Source of the DNA: a virus
Virus record (IMG/VR): IMGVR_UViG_3300037243_000038
Coordinates: 1-58,680 of that record
Direction: 5' to 3' (one strand)
DNA: 58,680 bases
In this document: piece by piece, positions 44,415 to 52,287 of the stretch
Numbering within the stretch: the first letter of the stretch is position 1
How the letters are laid out: each line of letters opens with the position of its first letter
Made by a program: the position numbers and the translations under genes
Notes under the pieces: model-generated
Databases searched by the model: none
What the model saw: only the letters and a program-made list of their open reading frames with translations
Told to the model about the DNA's origin: nothing

Positions 44415-44780
44415 CTAATTCCCGCGCAGTTCGGCTTCTAATAGCCGTCCGCGCAATTTAGCCAGCCTGATGAATTCCTCAATCCGCTTAACCTTCAACT
44501 CCTGTTTTCGCGTGTCCTTGTAAATCTCGGTGATCTGCACCCGTGACTTTGCTGCGCTGACGTTGTGCTTGGGATCTTCCGCAAGGTACCCAAGTTTGAG
44601 GATTGCAACCTCCTGCTCCTGCTCACACAGCAGATCGTGCGCATCGCCAAGCAGGACGTTTAGCTTGTTCGCGCCGTCGATCCAGACAGAAGGCGCGAGC
44701 GGTAGTTTCTCCTCGATGGCTCGCTGGAGATATGCCAAGATCGTGTCTACCGTGACGGGATCAATAGGAGATGCTGACAT
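44415..44780 (-). CDS. Hypothetical protein
   Basis: Trimmed to ATG 44780 (GAAGGGAAG upstream). 121 aa. Confidence 0.55.
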   Translation of the reverse strand: MSASPIDPVTVDTILAYLQRAIEEKLPLAPSVWIDGANKLNVLLGDAHDLLCEQEQEVAILKLGYLAEDPKHNVSAAKSRVQITEIYKDTRKQELKVKRIEEFIRLAKLRGRLLEAELRGN

Positions 44781-45966
44781 GCGGAATCTTCCCTTCTGCG
44801 ATCTGCTCAACGATGGCTGCGGATAATTCTTCCGTGAGATTGAAGGCGACAAGCGCCTTAACCGCATCCTTCTTGAACTTGTTTACATGGCGTTTATTGG
44901 ATTCGCGCTTGGTTTCCGCATCCGCTTCCGCTTTCGCTGCAACGAATACGCGCGTTCGTTCCGCTTCGACGGCTGCTGCTTTGTCGGCTTCCGCTTTCTG
45001 CTCGGCTGCAATGCGGTCCTCTTCGGCTTTAGCCGCCGCGACGATGGCATCCTGCTTCGCCTGTTCGATCTGCGCCAGTCGGTCAGCTTCAGTCTTGGCA
45101 ATCACTGCTAGCCGTGCAGCTTCCGCTTTCTCCGCTGCTACCTTGGCATCCTCAATAGCCTGCAGACGGTCGTTCTCGGCCTTCACGATGCGCTGCGCAG
45201 CTTCCAGCTTCTCGGCATTCGCCTTGGCTTCAGCTACTACCCGTGCGCGTTCTGCCTTCGCTTCGGCTTCCTCGCGTGCAGCCTTTGCAATCGCGTCCCG
45301 CGCATCCTGTGCGGCACGTTCCGCTGCTTGCGCTCGTAGCTGCTCCAGCTCGGCACGGTCCATGTCGGCCATGCGTGAGACTTCAAGTTGTGCATTAAGT
45401 TTGGCGAGTGATTCAGTCTTGGCAGCTTCAGCGCGGCGTTCGTATTCCTCGAAACCGTCCGTGCTCACGGCTTCCAGTTGCGCAAGACGGATCTGAATCT
45501 CGGAAGTCGTAACCGAGAACTCAAAGGTTCCAAAGGCTTCCAGCTCGGCAAGGTTCGACTCGTGGCGCGCGACGCGCTCCTTGTCCTCTGTTTCCCAAAC
45601 CGTCAACGGCGCACGAGTCTCGTGTTGCAACTTCTCCAGGCGATCCCACGTCTCACCGGCGCACTTGTCGATCTTCTTGATGTAATCCTTCTGGTCCTTC
45701 AAATAGACTTTGCGCTGAGCGTCAATGAATGTCTTCGAACTGGTCACGAGGCCAGTTAGCGTGATGATCTGCTGGCGACCTTTGGCGGTGCTGATGTCGA
45801 CGGGAACGGCGCGAACCCGCACCTCAATCTTGTCGAGCATCGGGTTGATGGTTTCCGCTTTGAATAGATCTGCGATGGTCACGTTCTGGATGATTGCCAG
45901 ATCGTCTTTCACCGTATCTATGGTCGCGAGCGCTGTTTCTTCGATTTCTTCTACGTCAGTACTCAT
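44761..45966 (-). CDS. DUF1351-like protein with a long Ala/Glu/Lys coiled coil
   Basis: GGGAGGA RBS then ATG 45966. The N-terminal half resembles siphovirus DUF1351-type proteins found next to recombinases. Confidence 0.5.
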   Translation of the reverse strand: MSTDVEEIEETALATIDTVKDDLAIIQNVTIADLFKAETINPMLDKIEVRVRAVPVDISTAKGRQQIITLTGLVTSSKTFIDAQRKVYLKDQKDYIKKIDKCAGETWDRLEKLQHETRAPLTVWETEDKERVARHESNLAELEAFGTFEFSVTTSEIQIRLAQLEAVSTDGFEEYERRAEAAKTESLAKLNAQLEVSRMADMDRAELEQLRAQAAERAAQDARDAIAKAAREEAEAKAERARVVAEAKANAEKLEAAQRIVKAENDRLQAIEDAKVAAEKAEAARLAVIAKTEADRLAQIEQAKQDAIVAAAKAEEDRIAAEQKAEADKAAAVEAERTRVFVAAKAEADAETKRESNKRHVNKFKKDAVKALVAFNLTEELSAAIVEQIAEGKIPHVSISY

Positions 45967-46056
45967 AGTCTTCGTCCTCCCGTAAATCCCGTCCACGTTG
46001 CAGGTGAGCTTCGTACTCGGTAGCGTCGTCGTCGTCATCAGGGGTGTCTTCGTTCG

Positions 46057-46302
46057 TCATGCTGACTTCACGTTGACGTTTAAGCCGTAACCGCGAATCT
46101 CTCTGACGAAGTCGTTAAGCTCGCTATACGGTTCGGCGTTATGCAAGTGGTCGTTTAATTCAGCGAGTTGGGCTGCAATCTCCGCGAATACCACGACTTG
46201 CAGTACCGAAGTAGTCAGCGCAATAGCCTCCTGTGCACTTCCGGCAAATGCTTTCTGGAGCTTTGCGGCTGAGTATTCTTCTCTAATTTCGTCGGCTGTC
46301 AT
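46057..46302 (-). CDS. Hypothetical small protein
   Basis: 81-aa ORF, ATGA-coupled. Confidence 0.55.
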   Translation of the reverse strand: MTADEIREEYSAAKLQKAFAGSAQEAIALTTSVLQVVVFAEIAAQLAELNDHLHNAEPYSELNDFVREIRGYGLNVNVKSA

Positions 46303-46814
46303 GCGATCACCATCTCTTTGCTCTCCACGAGGACAGCGCAGCCCGGCTGTGTGGTGAAGCTCGTAGCTTTGAAAAGGTGAGACGGCGACTGGCTTCCGAC
46401 TCCTACCGGGCCGTCAGCTAACGGTTCGTCGTGGCAATCGCCCGTGCATCCGGGATTGGTGCAGCCATCGCACCGGACGTCCGCGCCATCGTCATCGGAC
46501 GGTTCGACTACCTCAATGGCGGTTGCGAGATGCTCGACTGTGGCGAGTGCTGCGGCGGGATCGGTGATGGTTGCAATAACTTCGGCGGATCTCTTCTGCA
46601 CTGCGATGATCCGTTCAACGCGCTCAATCGTTCGGCAAGCTGTATGCAAAACGTCGGTTTCAACGGTCGTTCCTTCGGTCTCGATGGCTAGGGCGAGGTG
46701 TTGGAGTAGCAGCTTTGCGGTTGCTAACCCGGTGTAGTAGCTGTCTGCGTTGCATAAATACTTCGTGGCGGATTCGAAGCCTTCGCTGTCTATGTGTGTA
46801 ATTTCGTTCATCAC
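46299..46814 (-). CDS. Hypothetical protein
   Basis: GAGGAG RBS. Start is GTG 46814 or ATG 46811. CDGCTNPGCTGDC cluster. Confidence 0.55.
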   Translation of the reverse strand: MMNEITHIDSEGFESATKYLCNADSYYTGLATAKLLLQHLALAIETEGTTVETDVLHTACRTIERVERIIAVQKRSAEVIATITDPAAALATVEHLATAIEVVEPSDDDGADVRCDGCTNPGCTGDCHDEPLADGPVGVGSQSPSHLFKATSFTTQPGCAVLVESKEMVIA

Positions 46815-46858
46815 TGTCTAACTCCTCTGCGCCGTAGCGCGATTGAATTTCTGTTCGC

Positions 46859-46975
46859 CTACCATGACAAGCTGATCCACTCGTAGCCGACCAGCCCCGC
46901 TGTAATCACGAGACAGGCCATCGATATTGCAGTGAGGGCGACCACGGCCCGCGTCAGCCGTTCGCGCCCGCTCAC
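46859..46975 (-). CDS. Small membrane ORF (38 aa, not in track)
   Basis: GTGA overlap with the upstream stop. TM AVVALTAISMACLVITAGLVGY. Confidence 0.35.
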   Translation of the reverse strand: MSGRERLTRAVVALTAISMACLVITAGLVGYEWISLSW

Positions 46976-47358
46976 AGCGCACACGCTTGCCAGCCCTTTA
47001 CGACCAGCCAGCCGATGCAGTAGAGAGCGGCCCCGAGGAGAACGGTTAAGGTGAGGGCGTTGCAGACTCCGACCAGTAGATTGCCTTTCGGCTCCAGAGC
47101 TTCAAGCTCTACCGTCTGGTGGGAATAAGCAGCGATTGCAGCGGACAGGCGTGCGAACCTCTCCTGCTCGGCGCTGGACAGTTCACTCACTGGTACGTCG
47201 TCGCCGCACGTCGCACATCTGTAGCGCGCAGCGCCGGTCATCGGGCAGGAGGTGCAGACCGCCAAGCCCTCCCGAAGGATGCGGACCTGCTCGGCCTGGG
47301 CCGCCGCGTTTTGGCAGTCTTCGGCGTAAGTGGTGGGGAAATCGGGAAGGGGCCTCAT
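46972..47358 (-). CDS. Zinc-ribbon protein with a C-terminal TM anchor
   Basis: CTSCP...CATCG, then LLVGVCNALTLTVLLGAALYCIGWLVV. Confidence 0.55.
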   Translation of the reverse strand: MRPLPDFPTTYAEDCQNAAAQAEQVRILREGLAVCTSCPMTGAARYRCATCGDDVPVSELSSAEQERFARLSAAIAAYSHQTVELEALEPKGNLLVGVCNALTLTVLLGAALYCIGWLVVKGWQACAL

Positions 47359-47705
47359 TACGGGCGCTCCGTTCCGGCGAGAGCCAAGGCGGCGCGGATT
47401 TGAACTAGCGGCCCATCGCCCGGAGGAATTGGCCCAACGGGGATGCAGTTCACGAGCGCAATTTCTGCCAACTTTAGCGCATCGACCAGAGCCTCGAACG
47501 AGTTCACAGCGGTAACAATCAGGTCAGCGTTGGGAAGCGAGAGGCCTTCCGCGATCATCGTTCCGCTTTGGTGGCCCTTGGGCGTTGGCCCCCAGATGTT
47601 CGTGGTCGAATATGCCGACAGAGGATTGAAGATTCCGCCTACATTCCACGGAAGCGGTGTCGGTTGCTTGGGCGCAGCATCGTGAGGAAATTTAGGCGTT
47701 GTCAT
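47358..47705 (-). CDS. Hypothetical protein
   Basis: 115-aa ORF, ATGA-coupled upstream, TAATG downstream. Confidence 0.55.
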   Translation of the reverse strand: MTTPKFPHDAAPKQPTPLPWNVGGIFNPLSAYSTTNIWGPTPKGHQSGTMIAEGLSLPNADLIVTAVNSFEALVDALKLAEIALVNCIPVGPIPPGDGPLVQIRAALALAGTERP

Positions 47706-47803
47706 CGGCGGGCGCGCTCCAGATCGCTCTCGTGCTCAAGCTCGGTGCGCAGAGGTTCCGGCGCGGTAGGTAGGGGTGGGGCGGTGGAGGTGAGTTCGTT
47801 CAT
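47702..47803 (-). CDS. First small ORF of the leftward early operon (33 aa)
   Basis: GAGGGA RBS 8 nt before ATG 47803. The track start at 47884 lies inside the promoter/operator. Confidence 0.4.
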   Translation of the reverse strand: MNELTSTAPPLPTAPEPLRTELEHESDLERARR

Positions 47804-47830
47804 TGGGTAAGTCCCTCGTTCGACTTTCCC

Positions 47831-47884
47831 AAGGTACAGCGTTTCTGTAGTTGTGTCAATGATTTGTTGACAGATAGCACACAA
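47831..47884 (-). promoter_or_regulatory. PL-like early promoter with an overlapping palindromic operator
   Basis: Minus strand TTGACA (47859..47854)-17 nt-TACCTT (47836..47831). Palindrome TGTCAA-N7-TTGACA at 47854..47872, nested in TTGTGT...ACACAA (47851..47884). Confidence 0.5.
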
Positions 47885-47992
47885 TTTATTGACTTACCAG
47901 AGATGAAGCTGGAAAAGCAGAGATAAAGCTATGAAGAGATGGTACTTACGCGAACCTATGAATAGGGCAGAACCGGGAGGATTGTACGGTAC

Positions 47993-48610
47993 TTATTCTA
48001 AGTTGCAGCGGTGGTGCTCGATTACGACTCCAACGATCCGCAATTCGTACTCGTCAGAGCGGATTGGATCAAACAATGGGTTGAGCGGAACCAGCTCAAA
48101 GATGTCACGGCCTTGTGTATCTTGACCGCGTGGCTTGAACCGCCGAAATAATCCTTCGCCAACTCCATTAGCGGCTACGACATAGCTGTCTAACTTGGGC
48201 TTTTTGATCGGATCGACTAGTAGGATGTCGCCCTCTACATACAGCGGCGTCATACTATTTCCAACGATACGCATAGCGAACACATCAGGGGATGCATCAA
48301 TGTCCGACCGGACGAACTCCATAATGTCGCTCCCAGAGCGCGACTCTGAAACTTCCCTCCAGTTCCCGGCGTGTATCGACTCAATGATAGGAATCAACCT
48401 TCCACCACGTTGCGTATTGTGGACATTCGTCGCGCCCGGTTGAGGTTCGCCGGTGACTTCTGAAATCTTGAGAACTTGCTCGTAGCTTGGCTTGTGTAAC
48501 CCGTTTTCCCATCCAGAAACATTAGCCTTCGTCACGCCGAGAGCTTCTCCCAACTGTTCCTGGGTGATTTGGGCGTGATTGCGAGCTTTTCGTACCCATG
48601 CTTTGAGCAT
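47993..48610 (-). CDS. cI: CI/LexA-like repressor (XRE HTH + S24 autopeptidase)
   Basis: HTH ITQEQLGEALGVTKANVSGWENG. Ala-Gly (HAG) linker. S24 motif GNSMTP...ILLVDP...FRRFK. Confidence 0.85.
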   Translation of the reverse strand: MLKAWVRKARNHAQITQEQLGEALGVTKANVSGWENGLHKPSYEQVLKISEVTGEPQPGATNVHNTQRGGRLIPIIESIHAGNWREVSESRSGSDIMEFVRSDIDASPDVFAMRIVGNSMTPLYVEGDILLVDPIKKPKLDSYVVAANGVGEGLFRRFKPRGQDTQGRDIFELVPLNPLFDPIRSDEYELRIVGVVIEHHRCNLE

Positions 48611-48658
48611 TCCTTTTTAATGGTACAGAAAAAGTTGCTCTCATTTGTACACATCCTC

Positions 48659-48688
48659 TTGACAAGTCCATGACAGAATCTCTATACT
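48659..48688 (+). promoter_or_regulatory. PR-like promoter for the Cro-like gene
   Basis: TTGACA-18 nt-TATACT. The -10 ends 10 nt before ATG 48699 and there is no SD, which implies a leaderless or near-leaderless mRNA. Confidence 0.55.
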
Positions 48689-48698
48689 CCGAATCATT

Positions 48699-48986
48699 AT
48701 GGATGCGATTACAAGAGCCGCGCAAGTGGTAGGAAGTCAAGCAGAGCTCGCTAGATGCCTAGGGGTATCGAGGCGAGCACTATGGCAGTGGAAAGACCCC
48801 AAGCGCGAAGTTCCAGCGAAGTATTGCCCCGCCATCGAAAGAGCAACTGGCGGCAAGGTGACATGCGAGGAACTTCGCCCAGATGTTGATTGGAGCTATA
48901 TGCGCCGTTTGCCAACGTCAACGCCGCGCCCCGAAAAGAAGAAGCAGCAGCAAGAGTCTGAACAGGATACGGAGCGGACAGCATGA
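48699..48986 (+). CDS. Cro / YdaS-like HTH regulator
   Basis: GSQAELARCLGVSRRALWQWKDPKREVPAKYCPAIERATGGKV matches the YdaS/Cro-type pattern. Divergent from the CI-like gene. Confidence 0.7.
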   Translation: MDAITRAAQVVGSQAELARCLGVSRRALWQWKDPKREVPAKYCPAIERATGGKVTCEELRPDVDWSYMRRLPTSTPRPEKKKQQQESEQDTERTA

Positions 48987-49351
48987 GCGTAGATCGCTGC
49001 ACTCTCTCCGCTAAGAGGTTCGTCAAGTACGTTCACTCTTTACATCTTGGGAGCTGCCTAATCCATGAGGTTTCGTCGGTTCAATTACGCTGGCGCGACA
49101 ATTACGGGAAACGCTTGCAGACTCCAGACGCATTGATTCACACAAAATGCGGGTCCTTTCGGTACACGCATAACTCCCTTATGCATGACCAGCTTGAGCA
49201 AGGAATGATCCTTTGTCGGAAATGCCAAGGCTTAGGTTCAACCGTAACCATCAAGCGCAACAAACTTGGTCCTTCTGGTCTGACGTGGAAAGAGGCTGGA
49301 CACCGCATTGATGTCAGCACAGATCGCAAACCAGCGGGGATGATCCAGTGA
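48983..49351 (+). CDS. Hypothetical protein
   Basis: 122-aa ORF, ATGA-coupled to cro. Confidence 0.55.
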   Translation: MSVDRCTLSAKRFVKYVHSLHLGSCLIHEVSSVQLRWRDNYGKRLQTPDALIHTKCGSFRYTHNSLMHDQLEQGMILCRKCQGLGSTVTIKRNKLGPSGLTWKEAGHRIDVSTDRKPAGMIQ

Positions 49352-49569
49352 CCCAAATCACCTGTCACGTCTGCCACATCCTCAAGGACATCTGCCTGTA
49401 TTCGCCCTCGCAGCGAGAGCACGGACACAACTGTATGCAATGTAGTTCGGAACGTTCCAAGCAGAAGCGTGGAGCGCACGGAAGCAAGGCGCCCGATTAC
49501 TGGCGGGCGAACCCGGTCCTAGCCGGAGCTGCAAACGATTCGACTTCAAGAAAGCTGGCAACAAATTGA
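49348..49569 (+). CDS. Hypothetical Cys/His-rich small protein
   Basis: GTG start in a GTGA overlap. CHVCH...HNCMQC. Confidence 0.5.
   Translation: MTQITCHVCHILKDICLYSPSQREHGHNCMQCSSERSKQKRGAHGSKAPDYWRANPVLAGAANDSTSRKLATN
49506..49529 (+). repeat. 24-bp direct repeat, partner at 50120..50143 (23/24 identical)
   Basis: GGCGAACCCGGT[C/A]CTAGCCGGAGC. Encodes ANPVLAGA in both genes. Confidence 0.9.
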
Positions 49570-49571
49570 GC
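49556..49571 (+). repeat. 16-bp gene-junction repeat, partner at 50400..50415 (15/16 identical)
   Basis: TGGC[A/C]ACAAATTGAGC. Contains the TTGA stop/start overlap in both copies. Confidence 0.9.
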
Positions 49572-50165
49572 GATACCCCCGAAGTTCCGCAGCGCGTCCT
49601 TGATGCTGTCTATGATTCGACACCCGAAGACTGGCACTCGCATTCAAACGGCGGCGGCTGGGTCTATAAGACCGCAACCGTAGAGCCATCAGCCTACCTG
49701 CATCCGACCTCTATCGTGTCCGGCGATGCGCAGGTGTACGGCAATGCGCAGGTGTCCGGCAATGCGCGGGTGTACGGCAATGCGCAGGTGTCCGGCAATG
49801 CGTGGGTGTACGGCGATGCGCGGGTGTACGGCAATGCGCGGGTGTACGGCGATGCGCGGGTGTCCGGCGATGCGTGGGAAAAATCGCCCACGCAAATACA
49901 AGGTTCTCGGCACTTCGTAACCCTCTGCTCGCTGGATCAAATAGCCATCGGTTGCCACGTCCACGACTTCGCTTACTGGCGCGAACACTTCAAGGCCATC
50001 GGGAAAACGGAAGGTTACTCGAAGGATGAAGTTGCCGAGTACGGCGAGTACATCGATCTGCTCATTAAGCGCGCTGGACAGATCGTGGCGAAGCGGGATG
50101 CAGAGAAGGTAGCGGAATCGGCGAACCCGGTACTAGCCGGAGCAGAGAGAAAGGTGACGGCGTGA
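49566..50165 (+). CDS. Hexapeptide-repeat (left-handed beta-helix-like) protein
   Basis: TTG start in a TTGA overlap. Nine consecutive [SY]G[DN]A[QRW]V hexads. Confidence 0.7.
   Translation: MSDTPEVPQRVLDAVYDSTPEDWHSHSNGGGWVYKTATVEPSAYLHPTSIVSGDAQVYGNAQVSGNARVYGNAQVSGNAWVYGDARVYGNARVYGDARVSGDAWEKSPTQIQGSRHFVTLCSLDQIAIGCHVHDFAYWREHFKAIGKTEGYSKDEVAEYGEYIDLLIKRAGQIVAKRDAEKVAESANPVLAGAERKVTA
49716..49877 (+). repeat. In-frame tandem repeat, 9 x 18 bp (GTGTMCGGCRATGCGYRG)
   Basis: Units counted directly at 49716, 49734, 49752, 49770, 49788, 49806, 49824, 49842, 49860. Confidence 0.95.
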
Positions 50166-50413
50166 GCAAATTAATTGCCTCAATCAACCTTAATGACCTT
50201 CGCATAATCGCGCAGAGGGCCGATACCGAAGCGAATACTGGACGCGGCCCGGTTCCTCTCGGCACGATTCAGGAATATCTCGAAGCATTCAACCCAACTG
50301 TAATGCTTGGAATCCTTGCCGCGATTCAGTCGATGGCAGACCAACTCTCGGCGGCTGGACTAACAACGCCTTACATATCAAGCGTAAGTGCGGGAAGGGT
50401 GGCCACAAATTGA
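50162..50413 (+). CDS. Ea22/Ead-like small protein
   Basis: LNDLRIIAQRA...EYLEAFNPTVMLGILAAI resembles lambdoid Ea22-type proteins. GTG start. Confidence 0.45.
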   Translation: MSKLIASINLNDLRIIAQRADTEANTGRGPVPLGTIQEYLEAFNPTVMLGILAAIQSMADQLSAAGLTTPYISSVSAGRVATN

Positions 50414-50946
50414 GCACTGGCGAACGAGTAGCAGAAGTGAAGTCCGAGAGCGTGAGCGAGCCGAATTGGACATATCAAACGGCACTTGAGCAGTTGGCAT
50501 ATTGCAATTACGAGTGCGAAGCAGGGGAGTTAACGATGAACTCTGCGTTTCAATGGCTTACCAAACATAGCCCATTAACCCCTCATCCTGATCGGTGGGA
50601 GAACTACCTCACGGCGATGCAGAAAAGTTACTGCCATTCTGAGATCGTCGCAATAGCAAAAGAAGTACGCCAAATGACGGTTGAAGATTGCGCCGTTGCA
50701 CCTATGGAGGGCGTTCCTGAGCCCCTTACCCCCGTCCAGACCCTAGCCTTTTCAATCGCCGACGAAGCGGCGCAGATGGATCTCGATAGCTGTTGTGTCG
50801 GATCAGATGAGTGGTCGGATACGACCAAAGTTGATGACGAGGACGAGCGCGAGTGTGTCGCAAAATCCGTTCGCTATCTCGACCTACGCGGCAAGCTCCA
50901 GCATCACCCCGAGCATGGGGAACTGGTCAAGGTCATTTCATGCTGA
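50410..50946 (+). CDS. Hypothetical acidic protein
   Basis: 178-aa ORF. TTG start in a TTGA overlap. Confidence 0.55.
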   Translation: MSTGERVAEVKSESVSEPNWTYQTALEQLAYCNYECEAGELTMNSAFQWLTKHSPLTPHPDRWENYLTAMQKSYCHSEIVAIAKEVRQMTVEDCAVAPMEGVPEPLTPVQTLAFSIADEAAQMDLDSCCVGSDEWSDTTKVDDEDERECVAKSVRYLDLRGKLQHHPEHGELVKVISC

Positions 50947-51551
50947 CCTCCTTGCAAGCTGCTGGCTCCGGAGAGCCCGTGAAGGTGTTTCGCGAGCATC
51001 CGATCCTGTTCTCAGCTCCGATGATTCAGGCGATTCGCGCCAAACGTAAGCGCATGACGCGCCGCATTGCTGGGCCACGGTATGCGAAGTGGGCAGTAGG
51101 GGACCGCATCTGGGTCAAAGAGACCTACGAGCATCGGGCCTACGGGGCGATCAACGATATCGAGCTTCGCTATGTTGCCGATGGAGAAACGGATTACATG
51201 ATGGTCTTCGACGCTGACCGGAAATACCGGACTGACCAATGGAAGCGCAAGCCGAGTATCTTTATGCCCCGCTGGGCCTCGCGCATCACGCTGGAAATCA
51301 CCGCGAAACACGATGAGCTATTGCAGGACATCACCGAAGAGGACGCACAAGCAGAGGGTATCGCCGATGGTGGATGTCTTCTCTGTGGCGAGAGCAGCTG
51401 GCCCAAGCCGTGCTGCTGCGGGGATAACGGAACACCCTCGTACCGTGATGCGTTCTGTAGTCTCTGGGACTCGCTCAATGCCAAGCGCGGTTACGGCTGG
51501 CACGTGAACCCCACGGTCACGGTCATTGAGTTCGCGGAGGTGATTCAGTGA
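50940..51551 (+). CDS. ASCH-like (PUA-fold) domain protein
   Basis: Trimmed to ATG 50940. PILFSAPMIQAIRAKRKRMTRRI...GDRIWVKETY pattern. Confidence 0.45.
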   Translation: MLTSLQAAGSGEPVKVFREHPILFSAPMIQAIRAKRKRMTRRIAGPRYAKWAVGDRIWVKETYEHRAYGAINDIELRYVADGETDYMMVFDADRKYRTDQWKRKPSIFMPRWASRITLEITAKHDELLQDITEEDAQAEGIADGGCLLCGESSWPKPCCCGDNGTPSYRDAFCSLWDSLNAKRGYGWHVNPTVTVIEFAEVIQ

Positions 51552-51889
51552 CGCCGCGCCAGCTTGAGATTCTCCAGCATGCCATCAGTGCGGATCAGTA
51601 CGGGCGTAGGAAGCAGTTTGACACTCGTAATTTCTGCTGCGCTGGAGTTGATGACGAGCCGACTTGTCGTGAGCTAGTAGCGCTTGGCTACATGGTCCAG
51701 CACGCGAGAACGGAGGCCTACCCGTATTTCAATTGCTCCGTGACGGATGCAGGCAAGAAGGCCATGCGCGACGAGAGCCCTGCCCCTCCGAAGCTCACCC
51801 GCAGCCAGAAGCGGTATCAGGATTATCTCTCCGCCGATAGCAGCATGAACTTCGGTGAGTGGATGAAGTGTAAATGGGTGGAAGCATGA
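51548..51889 (+). CDS. Hypothetical protein
   Basis: 113-aa ORF. GTG start in a GTGA overlap. Confidence 0.55.
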   Translation: MTPRQLEILQHAISADQYGRRKQFDTRNFCCAGVDDEPTCRELVALGYMVQHARTEAYPYFNCSVTDAGKKAMRDESPAPPKLTRSQKRYQDYLSADSSMNFGEWMKCKWVEA

Positions 51890-52287
51890 GCGTCAACGGC
51901 ATCCTCTACCCGACCAGCCTCAAGCGCAAGAAACCTCTGGCCCGTACTGCCAAGCTGAAGCGGGTTGCGCTCCCCCGAGGGACAAAACGTATAAAGGCTA
52001 AGCGTTCCAAGCCGCGCAGGGGACACGAGACTCCAGTGGAGCACGATGCGGTGAAGCAGGCAGTTCTCATTCGCTCGGGAGGTCGATGTGAGGGAGCGGT
52101 TGATACGGATGGCCAGATTGTTCACGCTCCGGACTGTTGGGGGTTCGCAGACTGGGAGCACGGCCACCCGATGCATACCAAGAGCCGGGGCGCGGATGGA
52201 GATTTCATTGAGGAGAATATTCGGTGGGGATGTATTGCTTGTCACCAATTTAAGCATGGAGGTTTTAAGCCGTGTCCCAACAAATAA
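51886..52287 (+). CDS. HNH nuclease
   Basis: Basic N-terminus KRKKPLARTAKLKR, RSGGRCE, H...N...CIACHQFKH. Confidence 0.7.
   Translation: MSVNGILYPTSLKRKKPLARTAKLKRVALPRGTKRIKAKRSKPRRGHETPVEHDAVKQAVLIRSGGRCEGAVDTDGQIVHAPDCWGFADWEHGHPMHTKSRGADGDFIEENIRWGCIACHQFKHGGFKPCPNK

Noticed and set aside
44771-45496. 241-aa Ala/Ser-rich plus-strand ORF
   Set aside because: It is antisense to the GCN-rich Ala/Glu/Lys coiled-coil of 44761..45966. The low-complexity composition is typical of a shadow ORF.
47931-48125. 64-aa plus-strand ORF downstream of the PL region
   Set aside because: It is mostly antisense to the 3' end of the CI-like repressor gene and has no RBS.
49716-49877. CRISPR-like array
   Set aside because: The units are contiguous with no spacers, are 18 bp long, lie in frame within a coding gene, and no cas genes are present.
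49689-50029. Four ORFs with periodic sequences (HPRIAV..., PYTRAL..., MRRCTA..., GVRRCA...) on both strands
   Set aside because: They are alternative-frame and antisense readings of the 18-bp tandem repeat inside the hexapeptide-repeat gene. The periodicity is a repeat artefact.
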